A DNA stretch of 63,905 nt, filler included, from Folioceros fuciformis (taxonomy: Eukaryota): assembly GCA_049999805.1 (NCBI GenBank). It is 12 parts of 12 records of this genome, joined end to end, with 100 filler letters (N's around TTAATTAATTAA, not from the genome) between each part and the next. Parts side by side here need not be neighbours in the genome. Positions count along the whole stretch, not along the records: positions 37,291 to 43,095 come from JBNGIO010003981.1; positions 43,196 to 52,388 come from JBNGIO010003982.1; 10 more parts are not named here. One strand, given 5' to 3'. The notes below the pieces were generated by a model. It saw nothing but the letters and a program-made list of their open reading frames with translations. It made no database searches and was not told the origin of the DNA. The translations under genes and the position numbers were made by a program. Positions 37,191-49,466 of the stretch are shown here, in pieces (position 1 is the first letter of the stretch; each line of letters starts with the position of its first letter).

Positions 37191-38039
37191 NNNNNNNNNN
37201 NNNNNNNNNNNNNNNNNNNNNNNNNNNNNNNNNNTTAATTAATTAANNNNNNNNNNNNNNNNNNNNNNNNNNNNNNNNNNNNNNNNNNNNGGGGTAGAAT
37301 ACAGAGCCAAAAAGTCCATTGAACCCAAGACCGCGGCGGCGGAGGAGGGAAGTCACGTACATAGACCCAAAATCGAGCTCAGAGGAGGACGAGAGGAGAC
37401 GACCCCGACCCCAACTACCTGGCGGACGAGGTGTGGCTGGAACACCGAGGAGGCATATTAGCACAAGAGGTGGGAGCGACAACACAGGTGTCCCGCAACG
37501 AGGAATAGGAGGTGGGAGCGAGAAGGATGTGTTCCGCACGTTGAAGGCTATGGTGGCTTGTGTGCACAAAGCCACGCCAGCGTTGGTCAAAGCGGTGGAG
37601 AACTTGAAGGCGGGTGTCGATACCCTGAAGGCAAGCCTGAATACACCCCCTGCAGGTATGGACGAGGCATTTGCGGAATGAGGGGATACATAGAGATTGT
37701 AGGTATACATAGGGGATGTAGATAGAGTTGTGGTTGTAGGGGATGTAGGGAGAGTAGTGGCTCAAGGTAGATGTGGATTGAGTGGTAGGCAGACACCCCC
37801 ATGAAGCAAAACCTTTTTGGGTCAGAGGGTGTGCATGCAGCGGCTTAACAATAGATAGGGTGGCAGCAGAGCCCTAAACGTTGAGCACCCATTTGCGTGG
37901 CTGATGGTTGCTCGTGGATGTGCTCTCTGTTAACGCATGGAAAAGTTTTGGAAGTGTGATCGTTGGTGTTGGGGAAAGACAGCTACTGCTAGACGTGAGT
38001 GTAGTAGGAAGCACAGATTCATGTAGATCTGTGCACTCA

Positions 38040-39030
38040 CGTCTGGCAGGTGTGTAACCCCAAATTCGAATTTTAGATTGTGTGTGGCGCAAGGATTCTT
38101 CTTCATGGGTGGAGGGCGGAAGGGAGGCGAAGAGGAGAAGGGGCAGCAGTATACAGGCATGCAGCATAGATTCCGTAGGGATTTCAAACTCGAAGACTGG
38201 GATATGGATGAGAGGTAGGTGGAAGACGTTCTCAACGGACAACAGGGCGCTGGTATTGTGCTTGCAGAGCACGAGATCAGAAACCCAAAGTCCTTCAACG
38301 CAGGCGACGGCCGACAGCGAGATAGCGCTTTCAAAGCCCACTTCCGTGAGCACATGTATGGCGATTTCGTGAACAACATTTGTGTGGCCCCCCCTCGGTT
38401 CGCGTCCGTAATGCTGGCATCTTCATCAGCACCAACAGATTCAAGCCACCCATCTTGAGGAACTTCAACTTGGGTGCCACCTTCGATTGTTTGGAGAGTG
38501 TATGAGCCTTCCACGAAAGTCATCAATTCTGAGCCTTTCTCTTATGGCGTTCACTGCAGTTGTACCAGTCCGATGTCCTCTAATGGGCGAGCATTATACG
38601 GTGTGCTTGGTATATGCAGAATGCCATTGTGGCTTCCCAGTGGAACGTGAACGGGCATGCTATTCTCCCTGTCCTTGGAGGCAAGGGTGAGCTGGAAATT
38701 GCGGGCTACCACGATGAAAGTTTAGTGAGCCAGGAGGTGAATGAAGGTGAGGCCTACTCAGTTCCTCACTTCTACCCACACAGCATGAGGGCTGGAGACA
38801 AAGGGCTAGAGTGGGTTGCCTTCCACACCACAGACCGGTAAGCCTTCTCCCCTACTTTTCCAGACCAGTTCTTCAGACCATTATTCTGCTGCCCGGGTAC
38901 TGAGCAATTGGATTGGTGCGTTTGCAGGCCATTGGTTGAAGCTGTCACTAGTAGGACCTCAATGTACAGGAAGCTTCCTGAGAAAAAGGTAGTAGCAAAG
39001 AAATATGGAAGAGCTGGCAGAGGCAAGCCA
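38040..39030 (+). pseudogene. 11S globulin/legumin-like bicupin, probably pseudogenised
   Basis: WDMDER*VEDVLNGQQGAGIV; NAIVASQWNVNGHAIL; GKGELEIAG..EVNEGEAYSVPHFYPHSMRAGDKGLEWVAFHTTDR. GT-AG intron 38838-38927. Stops and frameshifts present. Confidence 0.75.
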
Positions 39031-41649
39031 TCATAAACCCTAGCACGCGGTCGTGGTCGCCAATTCTAGATTCTGCTAGTGCGTTCAGGTGATAGGCTTG
39101 GAGTAGCAAGCAACTACTAAACTCGGAGGCATCACCATTCCAGCTTGTGTTAAACTCTACATATTGCCTTACGCCTATGGCATGCCAAACCTTCAATCGT
39201 AGACCGAACCCTCAACCAGAGGGCTGGAGATGGTCACCCTTGTGTGCTAACCTAAAAGCCTATATAAAACTGTATGCACTTAGTAATTGGAAAGTGGCAC
39301 AAACCCTAAGATGGGGAGTATTCTGCCTAGATCCAGTTGGCAGAAGTTTTTGTGAAGATCTGTGAAGATCCAACCCTAAAAATAGTCGGGAGTGTGAGGG
39401 CGAGTTGGGGCCTCGGGAGCGTGCTNNNNNNNNNNNNNNNNNNNNNNNNNNNNNNNNNNNNNNNNNNNNNNNNNNNNNNNNNNNNNNNNNNNNNNNNNNN
39501 NNNNNNNNNNNNNNNNNNNNNNNNNCCCTTGCCCTGGCCTTAGCCACAGGTGCGCCAGGGGCTAAGGACCCTAAGTGCAGGCAGCTGGACAGGCCAGGAT
39601 CAGGCCCAAGCTTGGCCGCAACGTGGTTGGGGGGCGATCTGGTGGCATCATGGGGGCCGGACAGGATGCAGGCAAGTAGCCAGTGTGCCGGCGGATTTTG
39701 GAGTAGGTAAGTTGGGCAATCCAAGTGCGTCCGTGAGCCATGCCTTGCTACCCTACAACTAGATTGGAGCCAGGAGGAATGCACTCCTCCAGCCGTCATC
39801 CGTTGTCGACGTAATTAGAGTTTGGCTTTTCATCCACGAGTTGCGAGTCGGGCTGCTTGTGGGGGAGAAGCTTAATGTTAATTATGGCGACTACGGCTGG
39901 CGTAGGTCACTCCCAAGACACCATGCCCACAAGGTTATCTCCTGAAGGGCACCAGACCAACAGCTTGGAGGCTGAACGCACCTCAAGAAGGTGGAGGCTC
40001 AGAAGGGTTGCAGGAAGATCTGCGGCGCTGCCATCAATACATCTTGCAAGTGGAACAGGAGAAGGGTTATGGTTGGATGTGCTGTTGTGGCCGAGTGAGG
40101 TGTGCAAAATGGAGGTCGGCCATGCAGAAGGGTGACCCTTCAAAAATTAATGCCAGCCACCGCAGAGTTGCAATGCAATGCCACACATGAGGTAGCCAGA
40201 GTACCAGCTGAGTGGTGCACAGTTCCAGAAGATGGGAAGATGGTGGACCGAACATGCAGTGCTCCCATGCAGGTTGGATAACCATTTGTATGGATGTGGA
40301 TGTAGGGGACTTGTCCGGAGTGAGAGGTGCATGCAATGGGAAGCGGGAGCAGGAACTGCAAAGGGTGCAAAGCCAACCCTTTCTTGTGGGCACATCGTAC
40401 TAGCAGATCACCCAGTGGAGAGGGAACAGCCAGGTCGTGAGGGAGATTGACCGACCCTCAACCCTGGACTGGGAGCGCAACATCCAGTGGTGCAGTGGTG
40501 GGCTGTTTGGTGCAAGGCAAGCTCGTAGGGTAGAGGCTGTCGGCGGCGTCGGGCCTGTTTGGTGGAGGCAAAGTGGGCAGCAAGGCTGGGGTTGGCGACG
40601 GCGGGCCTGGTTGGTGCAGGGCAAGCTCGCAGGGCAGTTGGCGGCGGAGGCGGCGGCGGACTTGTTTGGCGCAGGCAAATTGAGTAGGGCAGGCGGCGGC
40701 AGCGGCGGTGCGAACGGGACAGTTGCGGCCTGAGGCAGATGATGGCAGACAATCCAGCGGGAGGGGCGGGGGCAAGGACAAGGCCGTCAGCCCGGATGCT
40801 CATGTTGCAATGGCTGTCGGTGGTGCTGACCACGCCGACACCCTAGCAATTGTCCTCTATGAGGGGAATGGTGGCGCACCTACGTTGCTGGCGGTTGACC
40901 TGATTGCGCTCGAGGCAGGTGCTGGGGGGAAGGAGGAGGGTGCAGAGATTGGTGCAGCCGACTTGGCAGAAGCAGGAGCTGACCCTACGGTGGACGGAAA
41001 CCCAAGCCAAGAAGTGATGGCCAAGATCGCCGCCGGCACTTGGAACTGGGCGGTCGGGGACAGACTGCGGAAGGCCGCGTATGCTGAAAATGGCAACTTT
41101 TAGCTGTGGAGGTACCTTGACGTGGTTCACAAGCAACATCTAATCACGAAGCTTGGCAGACCTAGCTGTGCAGGGGAAGAGCGACGTGTTTTGCAGATGG
41201 AGCTGGATGCGGTGGAGGCTAGTATTGCGAGGCACACTGCAGCTGACGGAAAAGGACATCGGGGGTGCCAAGGCAATGGTACAAGGGAGGACGGGGAGTG
41301 GGCTGGAAAAGCAGATCAAAGTTCGGGTTCTAGCATCCTGCCAACGAGGATGGTGCGCAAGCGGGAGCGAGAGCTCTCGTACTCAGAAGTCTGCTCCTCT
41401 GGAGAGGAGGAGGAGACGCCTATGTGTCCACGACGGGGTGGCACCGCGGAAGAGGAGGGCGACGCACAACAGCAGGAGGCAGCAACGGAGGCCATGGCAG
41501 GGACACCTTAGCGGCCACGGTGCATCCTTTGAAGAAGGCATAGGGTTGGTGGTCTCGCTGGAAAACAAGTTGTTGCAACTGAGGGACATCCTCTGTGACT
41601 GTGCAGCAGATGTGGAGGCTACCTCTCGTGGTAGGGATCACGAGCAATA

Positions 41650-41757
41650 GGCATGGCGTGCAGGGTCTGGAGGTGGAGGTGTAGGCAGGTAGGCATGCAT
41701 GTGGCATGCAGGGTCTAGAGGTGGAGGTGTAGGCAGGTAGGCATGCATGTGGCGTGT
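41650..41757. repeat. Two tandem ~48-bp units
   Basis: gcagggtct(g/a)gaggtggaggtgtaggcaggtaggcatgcatgtggc occurs twice. Confidence 0.85.
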
Positions 41758-43949
41758 TGGGTCGTAGGCAGGATAGAGGCTCTGTCGTTGGTGCTATAGA
41801 AGATCACCCTGCAGGTTATGTGAACGTGTCTTAATTTCAGCTTCTTCCAAGTCTGTGAGTGCGAGCTCACAAACTGGGAGTCTCCTCTGTGTCGTCTGTG
41901 AGCTTGCAAATGCAACCCTTCACCTTTTTCTGGCTAAACCCAAGGCAGTGCAAGTGAGTTTCACCATAAGCTGTTGGGTGTGCCACCAGGCACTCAATTC
42001 CCGCAGTACAGCAGAGTGACGGGTTTGCTGGACGATTCCATTGTTGCCGGTGTCATCAGCAAATCGTCTTCCGCACTGAAGTGTTATGACTTGTTGGTAG
42101 GGGCCACTACCAAACCCGAGGTCATTTGTGCGAGCATGTGACGATTTGGAGGTGTGTTCTCCTGTCCCTTAATGCTCCTAGGTCAGAAACTCATGGAGGT
42201 AGTCATGGCGGGATTCTTTGTGAGCCTCGAACTCAGTTGATATCACCTCTGTGGACTTCAGCCAAAGACTCCCGGACCGTTTCTGAATCCAGCTCTTTCC
42301 TGCGCGGCATCGTCTTTGCAATTAAGTACGGGCGGGCAATATTTGATCCCAAGGTAGGAGAGAAGTCTCTGGTAAGGTGACTATTTCGTAATCTCTTGTC
42401 TGCTGGTTGTTGCTGCATCGCCGTGTCATGGTGCCGTATGATGTGACTGTGTTGGGAGGTGAGCTGCAGATGCTGCAAGGCTGGACAAGGGGGAGGGACA
42501 TTGTGCTGACCAGTGGTGTTGCAAATGGGATGGAGGTAAGGGGGCCCAACAATGCTGCAAATTTGTCCACGGACCGAGGTCTAACTCCGGAATTTGCAAA
42601 GGCTGCTGTTTCCTAAAATTCCAGGTAGTAGCTTACCTCAGTATTGTGCCCATAGTCCTCGTATGGTATGCAGTGCGTGCCAATCTGGTCTGTTGTCAAC
42701 TGCGGCACTTCTGGTGTCTAAGGGAAGGGACCTGTTTTTTCCTTAAGTCAGCTCTTCTGCGTTGAGCCCCAGAGGAGCCACAGTTGCGCAACATTACGCT
42801 GCTGACAGGGGTGACGTGTTCGCATTGTGTAATGGAGAGGGAACACCAGCTAACGACCTCGATGGCTAACCTGGTGGGTGTGTGGCTGCAGGATATGGAA
42901 GACGCACGAGACAGGGCCTATCATGCAAGCCTGGAGTGTGTGGGCTATTTGCCGGATGCGTACTAGCTGCATAGGACGGTGACTGCAATGTGCCTATACT
43001 GCAGGCGCAGGGGAATGCGCCTTCAGGACATGTTGTGGACGTGGGTGGAGGATGATTGCACCATGTGGACATGGCGAGCAATAAATCTACTGCGCNNNNN
43101 NNNNNNNNNNNNNNNNNNNNNNNNNNNNNNNNNNNNNNNTTAATTAATTAANNNNNNNNNNNNNNNNNNNNNNNNNNNNNNNNNNNNNNNNNNNNGCAGG
43201 TTAAGCAGAAGACTTCGGAAGCATATAGATATATTATTCATTGAAGACACTTTTATTCTAGCATATGGATTTGACTTGACACGCCAAAAATAGCTTCCCT
43301 CCCGAATGAGGACTCTCATTTGCAGAAACCTATACGTCCTCAATCACGATAAGGATACACAGCTACTTGAAAATAATGAAAACTTGTTAGACGTTTAGAT
43401 AAAAGTATTAAGTACAAACTGGTATGATAATTTTTGTATGTAGCGGCAGGCAAGTTTCGCTTTCCACTTGCCATACATGTGACTTAGGCAGTGTGCGCCG
43501 GTCTACCGGCGCACTTTTGCTTGTTTTGCGCCGGTTCACTGGCGGTCTATCCCGCAACCATTTCTGGAAAATGCAAACAAATATCGACGGGTGATAATTT
43601 TCAAAAATAGGGTCACTTGATATGAGGTATAGCTCAAACACTTAGGACTTTACATGGAATCAGATAACACGTGAATTACGTGATACCCGCCATATTGCGC
43701 AGTTTTGTCATGTATTTGAATGCAATGACACCCGCAAATTTGCTAGTACTTTTGAAAAAATTGATGTTTACGTTCATACTCAACACTCTTTTAGGCCACA
43801 TTTAGGGTTCTCTTGACAAAGATGCATGAAAATGCAGATATCTAACACGAGTTTTGAGCGTCAAAATCTCACGAAGCCCGAAATGGTGGAATACGCTCGT
43901 CTGGGTTAGTTCTTCACCTGGTGAAGAACAGGCTATGCAGCAGTCCAAT

Positions 43950-46900
43950 TTTACGGAGACCAAACTTTATTAAGGAATTTGTGTTGTATACTGGTTAGAG
44001 CAAGCTTGGATTGGGTGTAGTGCTAGCATAAGTTTTTGGGGATGGAGAAGAACACCCTATTGCTTATGCTAGTCGTAGTACAAACGTAGCAGAGACGAAC
44101 TATTGCTCTTACGAAGGAGAGTGTCTAGCACTTTTGTAGGCAGTGATGCATTTCCGAGTCTTATTTACATGGACGAAGATTTAAAGTTGTCATAGATCAT
44201 CAACCATTGCATTGGTTGATGATAAACAATAAGTTGACACGAAAACTTATTAGGTGGGCTATGATCTTGCAAGAGTTTGACTTCACTATAACACATCATG
44301 CGGTAAAGACACATTTGACTGCTAATGCTCTATCCAAGAACCCATTGGAAAGTAGCATGGATCTTAATGAGGCGCAACATGATTGGATCATGACATTGCA
44401 GATCGTCACTGTGAGTCAAAACTTGGCTGACCTCGCAACGTATGAACTAGAGGAGGAAGCCTATGTCATGAGGGCCAATTGTGTTTGAGATGCATGGGCA
44501 GATCAGCAATTAATGGATTACATTTGGATTGGCCATATAGCTGATGGGACTAGTCAACGGTACAAGGATCAGCTGTAGCACAGAGCAAAACGATACATGT
44601 GGGATATAGCAAGCTGTACATGTTGCAGTCTAATGGTCAGCATAAGGTGGTGCCAGCACCAACGGAGCGTGAGGCATTGGTTATGCAAGTGCATGAGCAA
44701 CTGGGACATTTTGGTGTCAAACGCACGTTGAGCATGTTAACGCTAGGATGTTGTTGGGTAGGCATGCACAAGCAAGTGCAGGAGACTATTGCCAGGTGCG
44801 AATCATTTGATCGAATCAAGGCAAGATTCATGGCGAATCATGTGGTGCTTCATTCTCTACCTATAAGAGGATTGTTCTACAGGTGGAGAGTTGACTTGCT
44901 GCCGGAATTGCCAAGGACGTCACAAGGAAATCATCACATGATGTTGATGATTGAGTACTTCTCCAAATGGATTGAACTTGCTGTCTTTCATGAGAAGACG
45001 TCATACAACCCTAGCTAGGCATTTTTGCAATGTGTGTTGTCAAGGTTTGGTGCATGTGTTGAAGTTGTGATGGATCAAGGATAAGAGTTTAGAGGGTAAT
45101 TTCAATAGCTTATGGACAAGGCGCTCATTGATTATCGCCGCACAAGCAGGGATCATCTGCAAGCAAATGGTTTGGCTAAAAGGGGAGTGCAAATTGTCAA
45201 GTGTGCCCTACGGAAGTATTTCTTGCAAAATAGCACAAAAGATTGGGATGAAGTGGCACCATACATGTTGCTTGGCTATCAGGTAAGCACTCAAGCTGCG
45301 CTTAATAACTTTTCTCCATATTTTCTATTGTTTAAGAGACATCCACAATTGCCTAATGTGCAATAAGCTGCTATGGAAAGACCAATATCATGGCAAGATG
45401 TGGATGGTTGCATGAGAGAGTTGCAAAGACGGGCAATGTTGTTTCAGCATATATTGCCAATGGCAACGAAAAATTTGGCCATTGCACGTTGATAGGGACA
45501 AACTGCGCTATGCTCATACAAAAGAAGGAAGCTGGAAGCCCAAAGTGCATCGATTCAAACCTTGTGATTTCGTATATTTGGCTCAGCAACCTTTGGATAC
45601 ACTTGATAGTAGTCCTGAGCGCACAATTTTGCAGGTGGTTGTTGTCAAGGACACTGGGGTGGTGGAGTTGGAGGGATCTAATGGATGAAGGTGGCAAGAT
45701 CATTTGAAGAACCTACCTCCTTGTCATTTGCCAGATCTGAATCCAAAGCTACAACCTAAGACTTGGATACCACCCAAGGACTTGGAATGCCGCATTTGAG
45801 GTCACACTAATGAAGAAGATGCCATGCTCTTGTGCGACCGTTGCAATCAAGAGTATCACCTGTTTTGTCTATAGCCAGCCTTGGAAGAAGTACCGCAAGA
45901 AGATTGGTTTTGCCCAGACTGCAAAGTTGCTAAAGCTATGAGCCAGCAACCTAATCTTCATTAACACGTGATACAAGTTGATGGATGATTGATGTTGTGT
46001 TCAAGATTCATATGTATGTTTGAATTGATAGAGCTATAGCACCATCCTACAGTGTTTAATGTGTGTGTAATGTGGCATGGTGTGAGTATTGTTAACTAAT
46101 GAACCATGCATGAGTGCGATGTTTAGCGGCATAGCACGACACGTGGGAACCATTATGGAGACGCTACAAGGGTGAAGGTGATTGGACCGGAGGCAAACTC
46201 AGCCACCATGGGAACAATTGCAGGGGAAGGCTTTGTAGGCAACCATCCAGCAACAAGGAGGCGACGCCCACCAGATCTAGAAGAGCAATCAAGATCTACA
46301 AGGGCTGTTGGTAGGGTCACCAAGGGGGCTGGCGGCTCATCAAGTTGATGGTAGGGTAGACTAACCTAGATTAGTACTTTGACGTAGTCTACTAGTTTAG
46401 TTGTCGCGTCGTAGTAGTCACCGTGTAGAGAGAGGAAGTGGGACTAGAGATAGGAGTCTTTTATAAGAGGCTATGAGCCTCTAGAACCCACTTGTCACTT
46501 AACGCTCTCTCTCGGGCTATCCCTACTTGGTTGAAGCACCATGTGTTGGCTATGTGTGTTCCACAGCGCTTGGTAAAGCTTTGCGGAGCAGTGGCCAGGG
46601 TTAAGGGCTAGGCCCTTCATTTTTTATCGTGTCATTGGTATCATGTCCCTATGATATATCCCTCTTGTTTCCTCATAGGACTAGAGTGTATGCTGGCCAT
46701 GATTGCATAGTGTCTAGTAGGATCATGGGAAGTGACTTGTTTTTCTTTGGAGTTAGTCTAGTTGAGTTACTCTTGCCGAGTGGTGGAGTCAATAGGGAAG
46801 TACAGAAGGTAGTTGTATTGCTGTTGGTGTTGGAGTGAGCGAGTGAGTGAGGAAAATCAAAGACCTGAGAGATAAGTGTCATTGTGGTGGTTGTAGTGAA

Positions 46901-47246
46901 TGTGTCAACACCAGGAGAGGTGCAATCGACCGCTGGACAACGAGGACTATCCCATCCCTGATCAAAGATATAGGAGAGCCCTCAAATCTGTCATTGAGTT
47001 GATATGAGTGTGTTGAAGTTGTGAGAACTGTCCAGTCATAGGGATACTATGCTCAATACATATTCTTAAGGGCTGGCAGCTGCTATGGGCTATGCGTGTA
47101 AAAAGTTTGACCCTCCATCCATAGTAGGGAGGAACCCCATCTCTCCTTCGTGGGAATGAAACCCAATGTCTCAACGACAGTGGGATAAGTGTGGACACTA
47201 GAGGTCAAATCCCTGGTAGACAGTTGCCTGGGGTTTTGCTACCACA
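43950..47246 (+). mobile_element. Decayed Ty3/gypsy 3' half: RNase H, integrase, PHD finger, PPT and ~1-kb 3' LTR (46234-47246)
   Basis: PIAYASR, DHQPLHWL, HEQLGHFG, EYFSKWIE, QANGLAKR; PHD at 45788-45921; purine tract caggggaagg then TGT...ACA. LTR ends are inferred from termini only. Confidence 0.88.
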
Positions 47247-47659
47247 CTAACACCTCATGCTTAACATCTTATTAGACCTAGGATTTATTTGCCTACTAAC
47301 ATGTAGGACTAACAAAACAACACTACAAGACGCCCATAGACCTATACCCCTAATGGCCGTAGGTCAAACCTACAAAATCAGACTAACTGTCTTCTTAATA
47401 GTTCCACTCCTCCTAACACAAATAATAGGATAGACAAGTAAAATATAGTTAAATATAGATATTTCAGACCTACCACACACGTATGTATGCTTGACTTGTA
47501 AGCTGACCACCAAAGACCAAGGAAAACTAAGCAAGACTTAAAAAGACACATAATAGAAAAAGAAACAAACCAAACCACACATTGGACAAAACAGTGAAAA
47601 CGATAGAATAGGAGCCCATCCCATATCCCAAAATTTCTCGTTCCACATAAGTAGCAAAC

Positions 47660-48330
47660 AAAAAGTAAAGTACCAGATTATTAATGGTGATATGACGGAA
47701 ATGGTTGCCTACTTAGGTAAGCAGGAGTACAAGCTTCTTGTATTGGATTTGCCAAGAGGGAACTACGTAGAACTATGGGATAAGGAGCTAACGCTAAAAG
47801 ACCTCGAGAAGATAATGGAGGGCTTTTTTAAAGTTACCGAGTGTCAAACATTCCGTGTCATCGGCGTGCGCAGGCCAGACCAAATGTAAGACGTTAGCGA
47901 TGGGTTGTGCAAATGGTGTGTAAAGGGGGGCGTGTACACTATGGTCTGGGAAAAAGGCAACGTTGTCGCGGAGGAGGGGCTATACGAAAACTTCGAGTAC
48001 ATGACAATAGGATATGGGATTCACCCATTGAATGAAGATATTTGGAGAAGCAACGCCCTTAGCAACAGTGCAGCAAAGGAGATTGGAGCTATGCTTGGGA
48101 TCATCAAGCAAATCATCGTCATTAAGAAACTTCTAGACGTGTCGAATGACGGATGGGTAGTAAATCCTTATCAAAAGCCACTTGAATTGATGGTTCTCTT
48201 ATGTGGCTCTTCTTCTCTTGGAGAATGGATAATAGACGAATGTTCTAGGAGCAAGAGTGGAGTTCTTTCAGCGCCGGTGGAGGGGCAGAAATGTATCGCC
48301 ATCAACGAGTAACAGTGCCATACCATTTTT
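47660..48330 (+). pseudogene. Beta-class N4-cytosine/N6-adenine DNA methyltransferase-like domain, decayed
   Basis: One frame with internal stops: YQIINGDMTEM..YKLLVLDLPRG (DPPY position), TMVWEK, NPYQKPLELMVLL..SSLGEWIIDECSRSKS (FxGxG position) ..EGQKCIAINE. Confidence 0.72.
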
Positions 48331-49466
48331 AACGAGCAAAGAATAACAAGGCATGAAGTGTTTCTATCCGATGAGAAGGAGTTGATGAAGAAGCCTCACA
48401 CCATGGATATTCATTGTTTTTTGCTAGAGAGCTTTCAAGTGGAAGGTCTTTTAAACCAAGGGCACAGATAATGCAAATGGTGCAAGGGAAGATTGCTTCT
48501 ATGGACCTCATTGAACGTAGTCAAACTCAAGGATATGTAAAGAAGAGGATAAAGGGGAGAGGAAAGGAAGCTGAGAACCCAGCAGCAAGTGATTTGAAAA
48601 AGGTTCTAGAGTGACACCCCAATGATGAAACATGGGACTTAGAGCAACTTGAAACATTCTCGAGCGTAACCTCACCGAGACCATTAGTGGACAAACCCGA
48701 AGAACCAAATTCAAGACCAAGCCAAGAAGTAATGGGGACGACATCATTGTCCTCATGATAGAGAGGCAAGAATCCTTCAAGGTTCAAGGCTAGGCAACGT
48801 CGCATGATAAGCAGGATAGAATATACTTGTAGAGGTGCGCACTTGTGCACACCAAGAACAGCTTATTTCATTTCAAACAGTGCATCTATTTATGGGGAGT
48901 GTCATCAGCGCCTTCTTCCGCTCTCACCTTTCCTCACAAAACCATACTTAATAAAAACACAATAGGCTAACTGTCGAACTTGCCCAACTCGTATTTGGCA
49001 AAATTGCAAGAATTTGGAGGCTATGGAGTGGACACGAGTGTGAACAAAAAACAGAAAGAAGGGTCTAGGGAGAGACCCGATTTATTTTAGATGTTGTTTA
49101 TACGCTCCCGACTCATCTTTGGCAACTGATGTGTGTTGGAACAACGCCTATCTCACCGCATCTTCCATCTTTTCCTGCAACCATGAAAAATTAAGTGCAA
49201 CATGATGGGAAGGGATAGAAAACTCCTTCTTTATGTCCTCCGCCTTTTTCCAACAAGACTTTACCTTGTTTCATAGGTGCCTAATGAAGAACAACCCTTT
49301 ATCGACTAGCTGCACCAAAAATCTAGGACTGATACACTCGAAGGACAAATTCTTCAGCCCATAGTTCTCAAAAACATTGTAGGGGAATACCTAGCACATA
49401 ATCCATGCTTAGAGGTTTGGTTGAGAGGAGAAAAGCTTTGACCTCTATACATAAATACCTTCGTAT

